A stretch of 64,000 nt of DNA. Source: Candidatus Omnitrophota bacterium. GTDB taxonomy: Bacteria; Omnitrophota; Gorgyraeia; Zapsychrales; Zapsychraceae. The stretch lies in contig JADFYJ010000010.1 in NCBI GenBank assembly GCA_015233115.1, forward strand, positions 5,083-69,082. The letters are read 5' to 3'. The notes beneath the pieces were generated by a model. The model was given only the letters and a program-made list of their open reading frames with translations. It searched no databases and was not told the origin of the DNA. The position numbers and the translations under genes were made by a program. Positions 56,227-64,000 of the stretch are shown here, piece by piece; position 1 is the first letter of the stretch; the number at the start of each line of letters is the position of its first letter.

Positions 56227-57660
56227 TTAACAAGTTACTGCGGGCACTTCCAATACCATAGGTTCCTCTTTGGGCCGCATCACATGAACCGCGCATGATA
56301 GGCAAGGATCAAAAGAATGAATCACCCTCAGCACTTCAATCGGCTGTGTCGGATCCATAACTGGCGTGCCAACCAAAGCTTGTTCAATTGGACCACGAAC
56401 ATTTTTGTCATCCTGCGGTGAAGCATTCCAACAAGTGGGAGTAATCACCTGATAATGGGCAATTGTCCCACCGGCAATTTTCACCCAATGGCCCAAAGCG
56501 CCCCGCGGAGCCTCAGTCAAGCCAATACCTTCTCCATCAGAAAGCAGATTATTCTGCTCATACGATGGCGCACCCATGGTCAGCTGATCCAGCCACGTTA
56601 ACATCGCTTCTGCCACTTTTAACGTTTCCTGCGCCCGAGCTAAATGCCGATCCATAACAGAAACGCCATTTTGATAGTCTCCGGTCACCCACATCCGAGC
56701 CAGAGCTCCGGTTTCAAAAGGTTTACCCTGATGACGCGGCGCTTTCAACCAGGAATATCCGTTTGTTTTTGGATATACCGGTTGGGTATCTCCGCTACGC
56801 GGCGTCAAATTATTAGTCGCATCCGCATACCACGAGTGAGTGACTGACTCCGTAATCTGATTTAAAAACACATTATTAGGATTCCCTTTTGTCGCGTTTT
56901 CAACACACCCGCGATGGAACAATTTATCCGTCCCGGAAGCATTCAAATCAAATACGCCATATGCCAATAAATTTTTCCATCCGCCTCCAATGTTGAAATA
57001 ATCGGAATAGATCTGGCTCAAGGCAATAGAATCCGGGATATAAATATTTCTGATAAAATCCAAGAGTAAATTCAACTGAGTTCTGAATTTGGTAATCATC
57101 GCCGCATTGGGCACCACAGTATGCCCGCCAGAAATAATCGCCGCAGTAATCGGCATGCGACCGCTCAATAACGCCCCCATCTCATGCGCTCTGCGTCGGG
57201 CTGCAACAGCTTGCACAAAATGATCCATGATCGGGTAAGTTGGATTTGATGCGGGAAAACGCATATCCACATTATAAGCCGGGGTCCATGGGCTGGTTTG
57301 CGGGCCAGCGACATAATCCAGTAAAGACAGCAAATAAAAATGCAAAATATGCGATTGGACATAATTTGAGCCCAAGGTTAAGTTGCGTAAAATACGGCCA
57401 TTATCCGGCACGCTCCGTCCTGACGCGTTATCCAGAGCCATGGACGCGGCGAGCCCATGAGAAATCGGACACACTCCGCATATGCGCTGAGTAAGAATAG
57501 GCGCGTCCCACGGATGGCGGCCGGCGAGTATCTTTTCAAAACCGCGAAACAGCGTTCCAGTACATTTCGCGTCGGTAACCCGGTTTTGATCAATCGTTAC
57601 TTCCACTTTCAAGTGACCTTCAATCCGGGTCACCGGATCCATAATTGTAATAGTTGCCAT
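56227..57660 (-). CDS. [NiFe] hydrogenase large (catalytic) subunit.
   Basis: N-terminal L1 motif RIEGH...RICGVCPISH. C-terminal DPCLSCAVH followed by an 18-aa extension for proteolytic maturation. Confidence 0.9.
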   Translation of the reverse strand: MATITIMDPVTRIEGHLKVEVTIDQNRVTDAKCTGTLFRGFEKILAGRHPWDAPILTQRICGVCPISHGLAASMALDNASGRSVPDNGRILRNLTLGSNYVQSHILHFYLLSLLDYVAGPQTSPWTPAYNVDMRFPASNPTYPIMDHFVQAVAARRRAHEMGALLSGRMPITAAIISGGHTVVPNAAMITKFRTQLNLLLDFIRNIYIPDSIALSQIYSDYFNIGGGWKNLLAYGVFDLNASGTDKLFHRGCVENATKGNPNNVFLNQITESVTHSWYADATNNLTPRSGDTQPVYPKTNGYSWLKAPRHQGKPFETGALARMWVTGDYQNGVSVMDRHLARAQETLKVAEAMLTWLDQLTMGAPSYEQNNLLSDGEGIGLTEAPRGALGHWVKIAGGTIAHYQVITPTCWNASPQDDKNVRGPIEQALVGTPVMDPTQPIEVLRVIHSFDPCLSCAVHVMRPKEEPMVLEVPAVTC

Positions 57661-57688
57661 TGTTTATCCTTTCCTATTAACATGACTG

Positions 57689-59671
57689 TTAATTATCTGA
57701 CGTGTTCGACATATTTATTCTCACCACACTTTTTTCGACTATTTCCAGTCCGGATACAGCTCTCACTCTTCCCGGCTGAGAACTAACACCAGCCGCTCTG
57801 ACTGACCAAGAACCGTCAGAAGAAATCGTCGTTGTGGTGTATATTTTTCCGCTTGTCGCATTACTGACAGTCACTCTCGCTCTAGCCTTACCCTGACCGG
57901 ACACTGTTAAAGTTCTGTTATGATAATCCCATACCGCTCTGGTTATCGTCAGAACCGTAGATGGCGGCGGTGGAGGTGGCGGCAGCGGCACATTACTGAC
58001 AGACACCGTCAGGCTTTGTCCTTGCGACGAAGCTATTATTGTCGACGGTATCGATGCTGGATTTGTCAGCGTGAACATCCATTGGCCATTCGCCGTAACG
58101 GGGGTTTGACCTAGCGTTATGCCGCTGGAATTTTTGATGACAACAACTGCCGCTGCCACACCTGTCCCTTGAACATTTAATTGATTAGACCCCGCAATCC
58201 ATTGCGCGTTGCTAATGGCAAACACGACCGGAGGCGGCGGGGGTGGAGGCACATTGCTAACCTGGACCGTCAGACTTTGCCCTTGGGACGTTGCCGTCAC
58301 TGTCGCCGGTATCGTAGCCGGATTTGTCAGCGTGTACGTCCACTGACCATTCGCCGCAATCGTGGTTTGCCCTAACGTGGTGCCGCCAGCATTTTGGATG
58401 ACCACAACTGCCGCTGCCGCACCTGTCCCTTGTACATATAATTGATTAGAAGCCGCTATCCATTGCGCGTTGCTGATGGTAAACACCAGTGGCGGCGGCA
58501 TTGCCGGAACATTACTGACGGGTGCAAATAAAACATCCGCATTTAATTTAGCCACAATCGAAACGGGCACAGCCGCCGGGTTATTCACCGTCAACGTCCA
58601 GGCTCCGGATGAATTCGGAACAGACTGCCCGATCAGCGCACCTAAATATTCTTCAACAATGACGGTTGAAGCAGGTGTCCCTTTCCCTGAAACAGTTAAC
58701 TGTTTTGATGTATTATTCCAGGCGGCAGATACGACCTCAAATAGAGCCGGACCAGTCCCTGTCACGGCAGTCAGACTATACATAGGAGAAAATCCGTCAG
58801 GAAATCGGCTGTCCGTACATCCCATACACTGCGAATTAGCGCCAATGCACCAATTCGTCCCATTGTTCCATAAACGTTTAGGACAATCTGCTTGAGTCGA
58901 AGGGCCTTTACAACCAAGATTTCTCATACACAAAGAATCTACCCCGAAGGTCGTGGCTTTACTGCGATCTTGCCGCGGACAATTTTCATGGACATTATTG
59001 TTCTCCCCGCCATACAGGGCAGATGGTCTTCCTGAACTATCCAATGCCGGTATAATACCAGCAATCAGTTGCGCAATGGTCCAGATAATCCAATCCGGAT
59101 GGGCAGGACAGCCAGCGATATTGATGGTTGGTTTGCCGATGGCAGCACTTAAGCTTTGAATTTGTGTCGGATTCGGTGCAGCGGCAGATATACCACCAAA
59201 ACTAGCGCAAGTCCCAATCGCTAAATTAGCGATGGAATTGGCTGACAACTGACGTACAGCGTCTAACGCGGTTATTTCCTGCCCGTTTTCTGTCCACAAA
59301 AGACAGGTATTACCATTAAATGCCGTCGGGATTCCGCCTTCGACAGCCAAAACGTAAGGATTTTTGGTCGCATTACGGAGATTGGCCACCGCTAAATCAC
59401 CAGCCGCGCCCATAAGATTGGGATGAAATGCCAGATCAATATGATTGATCAAAAGATCTGCGACATCTAAAGGTTCAGTAGCGGATATACGATTCGCCAA
59501 TGATACGGTACAACCGGTGCAGGTCGCTGTGCTCAGCCAAATGACTGTGGGTATCCCCGGCCCGCTGGCGGCAAACGCCTTTTGCAGCTGGCCGATCGCC
59601 GAGGCGTCCAACCCCAATAATGCTGCTGAAGAAACACAATACTTTAAAAATTCTCTCCGACTTATTCGCAT
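57689..59671 (-). CDS. [NiFe] hydrogenase small subunit with a Tat signal peptide and an unusual C-terminal extension of about 300 aa made of tandem Ig-like repeats separated by polyproline linkers.
   Basis: MRISRREFLKYCVSSAALLGL (twin-Arg). Fe-S cluster cysteine motifs (ATCTGCTVS, GTCASFGG, GCPAHPD, CxxC-rich distal region). Three repeats with VSNVPPPPPPP linkers. No hydrophobic C-terminal anchor. Confidence 0.85.
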   Translation of the reverse strand: MRISRREFLKYCVSSAALLGLDASAIGQLQKAFAASGPGIPTVIWLSTATCTGCTVSLANRISATEPLDVADLLINHIDLAFHPNLMGAAGDLAVANLRNATKNPYVLAVEGGIPTAFNGNTCLLWTENGQEITALDAVRQLSANSIANLAIGTCASFGGISAAAPNPTQIQSLSAAIGKPTINIAGCPAHPDWIIWTIAQLIAGIIPALDSSGRPSALYGGENNNVHENCPRQDRSKATTFGVDSLCMRNLGCKGPSTQADCPKRLWNNGTNWCIGANSQCMGCTDSRFPDGFSPMYSLTAVTGTGPALFEVVSAAWNNTSKQLTVSGKGTPASTVIVEEYLGALIGQSVPNSSGAWTLTVNNPAAVPVSIVAKLNADVLFAPVSNVPAMPPPLVFTISNAQWIAASNQLYVQGTGAAAAVVVIQNAGGTTLGQTTIAANGQWTYTLTNPATIPATVTATSQGQSLTVQVSNVPPPPPPPVVFAISNAQWIAGSNQLNVQGTGVAAAVVVIKNSSGITLGQTPVTANGQWMFTLTNPASIPSTIIASSQGQSLTVSVSNVPLPPPPPPPSTVLTITRAVWDYHNRTLTVSGQGKARARVTVSNATSGKIYTTTTISSDGSWSVRAAGVSSQPGRVRAVSGLEIVEKSVVRINMSNTSDN

Positions 59672-59691
59672 GTCTTCTCCTTTTTTAATGT

Positions 59692-61179
59692 TTAAAAATA
59701 CAAATCCCTTTCTCCCCGGGAAATTCGTTCATAATATCGCATAAAATGCGGATACGAATTCGGCGCCGTATTCCGAATCTCATTAATCTCTTTTTCTAAA
59801 AGTCCTTTAGCCAGCTCTTGAGTTTTAGCACTGCCAAAATCATCAACCCATTCGCGAAAGGTCAGCACAGCATTGAGTTTACAAAATTTCCCTTCTTTGC
59901 CAGAACGCAAAAGATCCATGATACATTTTCCCGTTCTGTTGCAACGGTAGCCAGCTGTACAAAAAGACGTGATATGTCCGAGACGGGTAAATTCCTGGAT
60001 CACTTCATCCAGACTACGGGTATCCCCCAACATAAATTGCTGACGGCGGCCTTCCTGGGTCATACTGCCGTCGCTGTAAGCGCCAAGGCCAATCTTGGTG
60101 GACGCATCCGTCTGCGTAATACCTAATTCAATTGATGCGCGTTTGAGTTCAGGGGTTTCGCGGCTAGTAATGATCATGCCGGCATGAGGCACCGCCAGTC
60201 TTAATACCATCATTATTTTTTTAAATTCTTCGTCGGAAACTTTGTGTTTTGACTGATGGGTAAACGGAACATTTTCCGCCGGTTCAAGCCGCGGAAAAGA
60301 AATAGTATGCGCGCCAATGCCGAATTTTTTTTCCAATTCGATATTATGCGCAACCAAACCTAATACTTCGTATCTCCAGTCATACAGCCCAAAAAGTGCG
60401 CCAATACCCACATCATCAATTCCAGCTTCGAGTGCCCGGTGCATAGCATAAAGCCGCCACAGATAATTCGCTTTAATGGTGTTTTTCGGGTGGAGGGATT
60501 GGTACGTCGGATGGTGATATGTTTCTTGAAACACTTGATAGGTCCCAATACCAGCATGGCCTAAAATTTTCAAGTCATCCACACAAAGGGGCGCGGCATT
60601 GACATTAACCCGCCGGATCTGTCCATACCCTACTCTGGCTTTAACGCGCACATCGTATATTGTACGGATAGTATCGGCCATATAATGCACATCATTGTCC
60701 GGATGTTCGCCGTAAACCACGATCAGCCGTTTATGCCCTATCTGACCCGCCAGTACTTTGGTTTCCTCCGTTACCTCATCCAGCGTTAAGGTTTTACGCT
60801 GAGTTTTAATATTCGAACAGCGAAAACCGCAATAGACACAATCATTAACGCAGGCATTACTCAAATAAAGCGGCGCGAACGTGACAATACGGTTATCGTA
60901 AACTTTCTTTTTTACCGCCAGAGCGGTTTCTTTCATTTTTTCAAGCAAGTACGAATCTGTCACCCGCATCAGCAGAGCTGTTTCTTCCAACGTAAGAGTC
61001 TCAACATCCAAAGATTTTTGTAGGATGTCTAGTATTATTCTTTTATCAGGAATTTTTGTGAAGCAAAGAGCGGCATCCATCCGTTCCTCATCAATAAAAG
61101 ATTTTCCGCGAGTCAGATACTTTTCAATTTCATCTTCATTAATCCGGGTTTGAGCCCAAGATTTTGTCATGATATCCAT
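59692..61179 (-). CDS. HydG-like radical SAM enzyme (tyrosine-lyase/ThiH-HydG family) with a divergent C-terminal Cys-rich auxiliary-cluster domain.
   Basis: APLYLSNACVNDCVYCGF (CxxxCxxC, HydG/ThiH type). The 495-aa length includes a C-terminal HydG-like domain, FCTAGYRCNRTGKC...FCKLNAVLTF. For comparison, the canonical HydG motif is CTACYR...CHPNA. Confidence 0.7.
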   Translation of the reverse strand: MDIMTKSWAQTRINEDEIEKYLTRGKSFIDEERMDAALCFTKIPDKRIILDILQKSLDVETLTLEETALLMRVTDSYLLEKMKETALAVKKKVYDNRIVTFAPLYLSNACVNDCVYCGFRCSNIKTQRKTLTLDEVTEETKVLAGQIGHKRLIVVYGEHPDNDVHYMADTIRTIYDVRVKARVGYGQIRRVNVNAAPLCVDDLKILGHAGIGTYQVFQETYHHPTYQSLHPKNTIKANYLWRLYAMHRALEAGIDDVGIGALFGLYDWRYEVLGLVAHNIELEKKFGIGAHTISFPRLEPAENVPFTHQSKHKVSDEEFKKIMMVLRLAVPHAGMIITSRETPELKRASIELGITQTDASTKIGLGAYSDGSMTQEGRRQQFMLGDTRSLDEVIQEFTRLGHITSFCTAGYRCNRTGKCIMDLLRSGKEGKFCKLNAVLTFREWVDDFGSAKTQELAKGLLEKEINEIRNTAPNSYPHFMRYYERISRGERDLYF

Positions 61180-62525
61180 TAAAGTGCTCCTTCCGTTATA
61201 GACTGTTCCATCAGAAAAATTTTTTCACTCACTCCCAAATCGGTAGGCGCTCGTCCCAAAGAGCGGAGTAAGGCGAGAATATCCTGAATTTGACTGTTGA
61301 TCGATTCAGAGACATGAGCCCGGTTTGGATAAAGCGAATATAAAGCGCGATATTTAGCCGGCGTCACATTCAACATGACCGAATTAGCTCCGCAAAGCAG
61401 GCCTTCTTTGCGGGCATCAGGATGGAGAGTTTCAAATGCGGTCGTAACTAAAATTTTAGCATTTTCCGGATCAAGGATCCTTGCGATTGCCAAAACCTTA
61501 AATATTTTATCCTTATCCCACGGTAGATACCCGGCAATCGGCGTATTAGGGTGAGGCAAAAATGGTCCAAACGAAAACATCTCAGCGTTTAACTCTTTTG
61601 CCAGAAAAATATCATTGAAAACATCATCGGGTGTTTGACCTGGGATTCCAACTAAGGCTCCGGTCATAATCAAATACCCTAGTTCCCCTGCCCTCTTCAG
61701 GTGGGCGATCCGGGTGTCCAAATTACGGCCGGGATGAAGACGGCTATATACCAATGGATTCGAGGTTTCAAAACGCATCAACATAGCCCGGGCGCCCGCA
61801 TCGTATACGGTTTTCAATCCATCAAAACCAATTTCCCCAAAACTAATCGCGATCAGCACTCCAGCTTGTTTTTTTATTTCTCTTATAATTTTGGCTATTT
61901 TATCCGGGGAGAAGAAAGAGTCTTCTCCGCTCTGCAAAACCAAAGCTTTAAATCCGTAATCTTTGATGGCGGAAAGGGCAGTATCAACAATTTCCTGCTC
62001 ACTCATCCGATAGCGCTTGATTTGTTGATTATGGGAAGAAATACCGCAATAAAAACAATTTTGGGAACAAATATTGGAGATTTCAATAATACCGTGAACA
62101 CAACATGAATTTTTTAAATATTTTTGCCGCAAAAAATTTGCGCATTTATAGATGAAAGCATTAGCCGCTTTTTCTTCAACAGAAAAAAGATAATGCAGGT
62201 CTGAACGCGATAAAGAACTTCGCTCTAAAGCTCGGTCTAAAATACGGGAAAGTTTAGTATCATGATATCCTTCCTCAAAATAAAGTTTGGAAAGGCGCAC
62301 ATCCACTTCCTGCAATTCAAAAAAGGTTTCTTTCCATAAAGCCAGTACTTCCAAAGCCTGGGCAGGAGCAACCTTTTCAATAACATAGCCGCCTTGCGCG
62401 TAAATATAATCCCCGATGTTCAAATTAATCAAATCATTAATGGCCCTCTTTTCTTCTCCAAAGTAATCGACAACAACTGTCTTATCATTGATCGCCTTTA
62501 CCTGACCAGGAATCGCATAACACAT
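61179..62525 (-). CDS. Fusion protein: an N-terminal HypC/HupF-like hydrogenase-maturation scaffold domain (MCYAIPGQV...IGDYIYAQGGYVIEKV) joined to a HydE/BioB/PylB-type radical SAM domain.
   Basis: Residues 1-80 align by eye with HypC/HybG (MC-x-x-[IV]P at the N-terminus, GDYVLVHVGFAI-like core). Residues from about 140 onward carry CSQNCFYC (CxxxCxxC) and the biotin-synthase-like TIM-barrel pattern. The stop overlaps the HydG-like start by 1 nt. Confidence 0.65.
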   Translation of the reverse strand: MCYAIPGQVKAINDKTVVVDYFGEEKRAINDLINLNIGDYIYAQGGYVIEKVAPAQALEVLALWKETFFELQEVDVRLSKLYFEEGYHDTKLSRILDRALERSSLSRSDLHYLFSVEEKAANAFIYKCANFLRQKYLKNSCCVHGIIEISNICSQNCFYCGISSHNQQIKRYRMSEQEIVDTALSAIKDYGFKALVLQSGEDSFFSPDKIAKIIREIKKQAGVLIAISFGEIGFDGLKTVYDAGARAMLMRFETSNPLVYSRLHPGRNLDTRIAHLKRAGELGYLIMTGALVGIPGQTPDDVFNDIFLAKELNAEMFSFGPFLPHPNTPIAGYLPWDKDKIFKVLAIARILDPENAKILVTTAFETLHPDARKEGLLCGANSVMLNVTPAKYRALYSLYPNRAHVSESINSQIQDILALLRSLGRAPTDLGVSEKIFLMEQSITEGAL

Positions 62526-62674
62526 ATGCCCCCCCTTTAAACAGGATCTCGAAAAATTATGTCTGAATTTATCACAATGAAAATTAATTGAAGATTAAAT
62601 TAAAATTAAAATCCTTTAATCTTATGGAAATGGTAGAGATTGTTGCGACGGAAACAAATTAAATTAACGCAGAT

Positions 62675-64000
62675 TTATGCTAAGGGGAGAGTGACGGTAA
62701 AAATTGATCCTTTATCCGGTTCGCTCGCCACAGTGATGCTTCCATGATGAGCTTGAACAATTGACTGAGCAATATAAAGACCCAGCCCATAACCTGAAGA
62801 ACGAGAAGGATTTTTTCCTCGATAAAACCGATTAAATATTTTGTCCAGATCTTCTTTTTTAATTCCGACGCCTGAGTCCGTGATGGATACCGCAACTGTG
62901 CTTTTTTCTAAATGAACACCAATCAGTACACGGCCGTTTTCCGGTGAGAATTTTAACGCATTATCAATCAAATTAAAAAATACCCTTCTTAAATGAACCG
63001 CATCGCCTAAAACCAATATTTCCTGCGCAAGAACATCATAAGTCATATCAATATTTTTTTCTTTGGCGAAAAGCCGCATTTGTTCATAAATATCATTCAG
63101 AAAATTCGTTAAATCAATTTCCTGAAAAACTTTGCGGTCAGTGCGGTATTCAATTTTGGCCATCAAAAGAAGATCATCAATAATTTTATTAATCCGGTCC
63201 ACCTCTTCAATGGTTAACTGGATTACCCGTTTATATTCTTCGATATCCCGTTCTTTTCGTAACGTCAGCCCAGCTTCGCCTTTTATAATGGACAAAGGGG
63301 TCTTTAATTCATGCGCCACATGCGAACTGAATTCCGAAATATAAGTAAATGATTCTTCCAGACGCGTGATCATATCATTAAACGCGTCAGCCAGATATTT
63401 CATTTCCGCATCCATCTTATCCGTAGCCACACGCGCTTTAAGATTTTCTTGCGAAATACTACTCGCGGTCACCGCGATCTGCACTACTGGTTTTAAAACC
63501 AGAGCAATAAAAAATCTTCCTACGATGCCTGCGCCGACAAGTATGACAATAATACCGATAGCAAGATATTTCAGCTGATGTTGTAAAATATGCAATACTG
63601 GCCGCCGCGGGCTGACTACCTGCAAAATATAATACTGTCCTCCGGGAACATGAGCGAAAGGGACATTAATAATCCTTACATTGATATTGTCACTTTCAAT
63701 CGTAGCGCTTTCATAAAAAGGACCGTCTAACGCTTTTTTAATGCCTCGGCTTAATAGCGGCCGTAAATTAGGCGGAAGCGGCCGAGACGAAACAATAAGC
63801 TTTTCATTCGCATTATAAAAATTCACATAATCATCATTCAAACTGAATTTATTGGGGCTCTGCAGCCATTTGCTTTCAACTTCCGCGATTTTCGCTTCAG
63901 CCGAATGCCGCGGGCCTAACAGCATAGCCCTGCGCACGGCAAAAACCAAAGTCCCGGAATCACCGCCGAGAATCTGAACATAAGAACTAATCGTCGCTGA
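62675..64000 (-). CDS. Sensor histidine kinase (periplasmic sensor domain, TM helix, HAMP, HisKA, HATPase_c). The N-terminus runs off the window end.
   Basis: SHVAHELKTPLSII H-box and GYGLGL G2 box. The reading frame is open to coordinate 64000 (the track's 'M' at 63949 is a TTG). Confidence 0.75.
   Translation of the reverse strand, partial: SATISSYVQILGGDSGTLVFAVRRAMLLGPRHSAEAKIAEVESKWLQSPNKFSLNDDYVNFYNANEKLIVSSRPLPPNLRPLLSRGIKKALDGPFYESATIESDNINVRIINVPFAHVPGGQYYILQVVSPRRPVLHILQHQLKYLAIGIIVILVGAGIVGRFFIALVLKPVVQIAVTASSISQENLKARVATDKMDAEMKYLADAFNDMITRLEESFTYISEFSSHVAHELKTPLSIIKGEAGLTLRKERDIEEYKRVIQLTIEEVDRINKIIDDLLLMAKIEYRTDRKVFQEIDLTNFLNDIYEQMRLFAKEKNIDMTYDVLAQEILVLGDAVHLRRVFFNLIDNALKFSPENGRVLIGVHLEKSTVAVSITDSGVGIKKEDLDKIFNRFYRGKNPSRSSGYGLGLYIAQSIVQAHHGSITVASEPDKGSIFTVTLPLA

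Noticed and set aside
57920-58375. Arg-rich plus-strand ORFs (64 aa each) within the hydrogenase small-subunit gene.
   Set aside because: They are the antisense of the polyproline linker/repeat region (CCG/CCGCC runs read as Arg codons on the other strand). They are repeated only because the sense repeats are repeated.

Overview
This 64-kb window is gene-dense and almost every gene is on the minus strand. Shine-Dalgarno sites (AAGGAGG) are strong, AT content is moderate to high, and adjacent genes often overlap. No rRNA, tRNA, CRISPR array or obvious IS/transposase gene was seen. Left to right, the content is: a partial cation/proton antiporter; a SEC-C protein plus a DUF3800 protein; an APC amino-acid permease; a Uup-like ABC-F ATPase; a YgiD-like DOPA-dioxygenase preceded by an 8-mer tandem repeat; a metallophosphoesterase fused to a CuA-type cupredoxin; YihY/BrkB; a ferritin-like/VIT1 iron transporter; a five-gene two-component phosphorelay cluster; two SDR oxidoreductases; an rRNA-type SAM methyltransferase; a second TCS pair with a TSUP membrane protein; a giant (about 1400 aa) secreted multicopper oxidase with FN3 repeats and a near-identical internal tandem duplication; a YqjE/YqjD(ElaB)/PLDc_N small membrane-protein module; a secreted GH1 beta-glucosidase; several small secreted low-complexity proteins; Fe/Mn superoxide dismutase; a 2865-aa cyclic beta-1,2-glucan synthase (Cgs/NdvB/ChvB-like) with a B12-binding radical SAM enzyme, a GT4/alkaline-phosphatase-superfamily/EEP three-domain enzyme and an (alpha/alpha)6-barrel glycosidase-like protein immediately downstream; then DUF2062, GNAT and a PAS histidine kinase. 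The right end is a Tat-exported [NiFe] hydrogenase operon, on the minus strand in transcription order: HypC–radical SAM (HydE-like) fusion, HydG-like radical SAM, small subunit with Ig-like C-terminal repeats, large subunit, maturation protease, tatA, tatA, tatC, a His-rich Ni transporter, hypA, hypB. The best candidate for an undescribed system is the pair of [FeFe]-maturase-type radical SAM genes (a HydG paralog and a HydE-like enzyme fused to a HypC scaffold domain) placed at the head of this [NiFe] hydrogenase operon. The second candidate is the cyclic-glucan synthase locus with its radical SAM and phosphotransferase-like partners. All calls come from reading the translated ORFs and the DNA by eye; no database search was possible.
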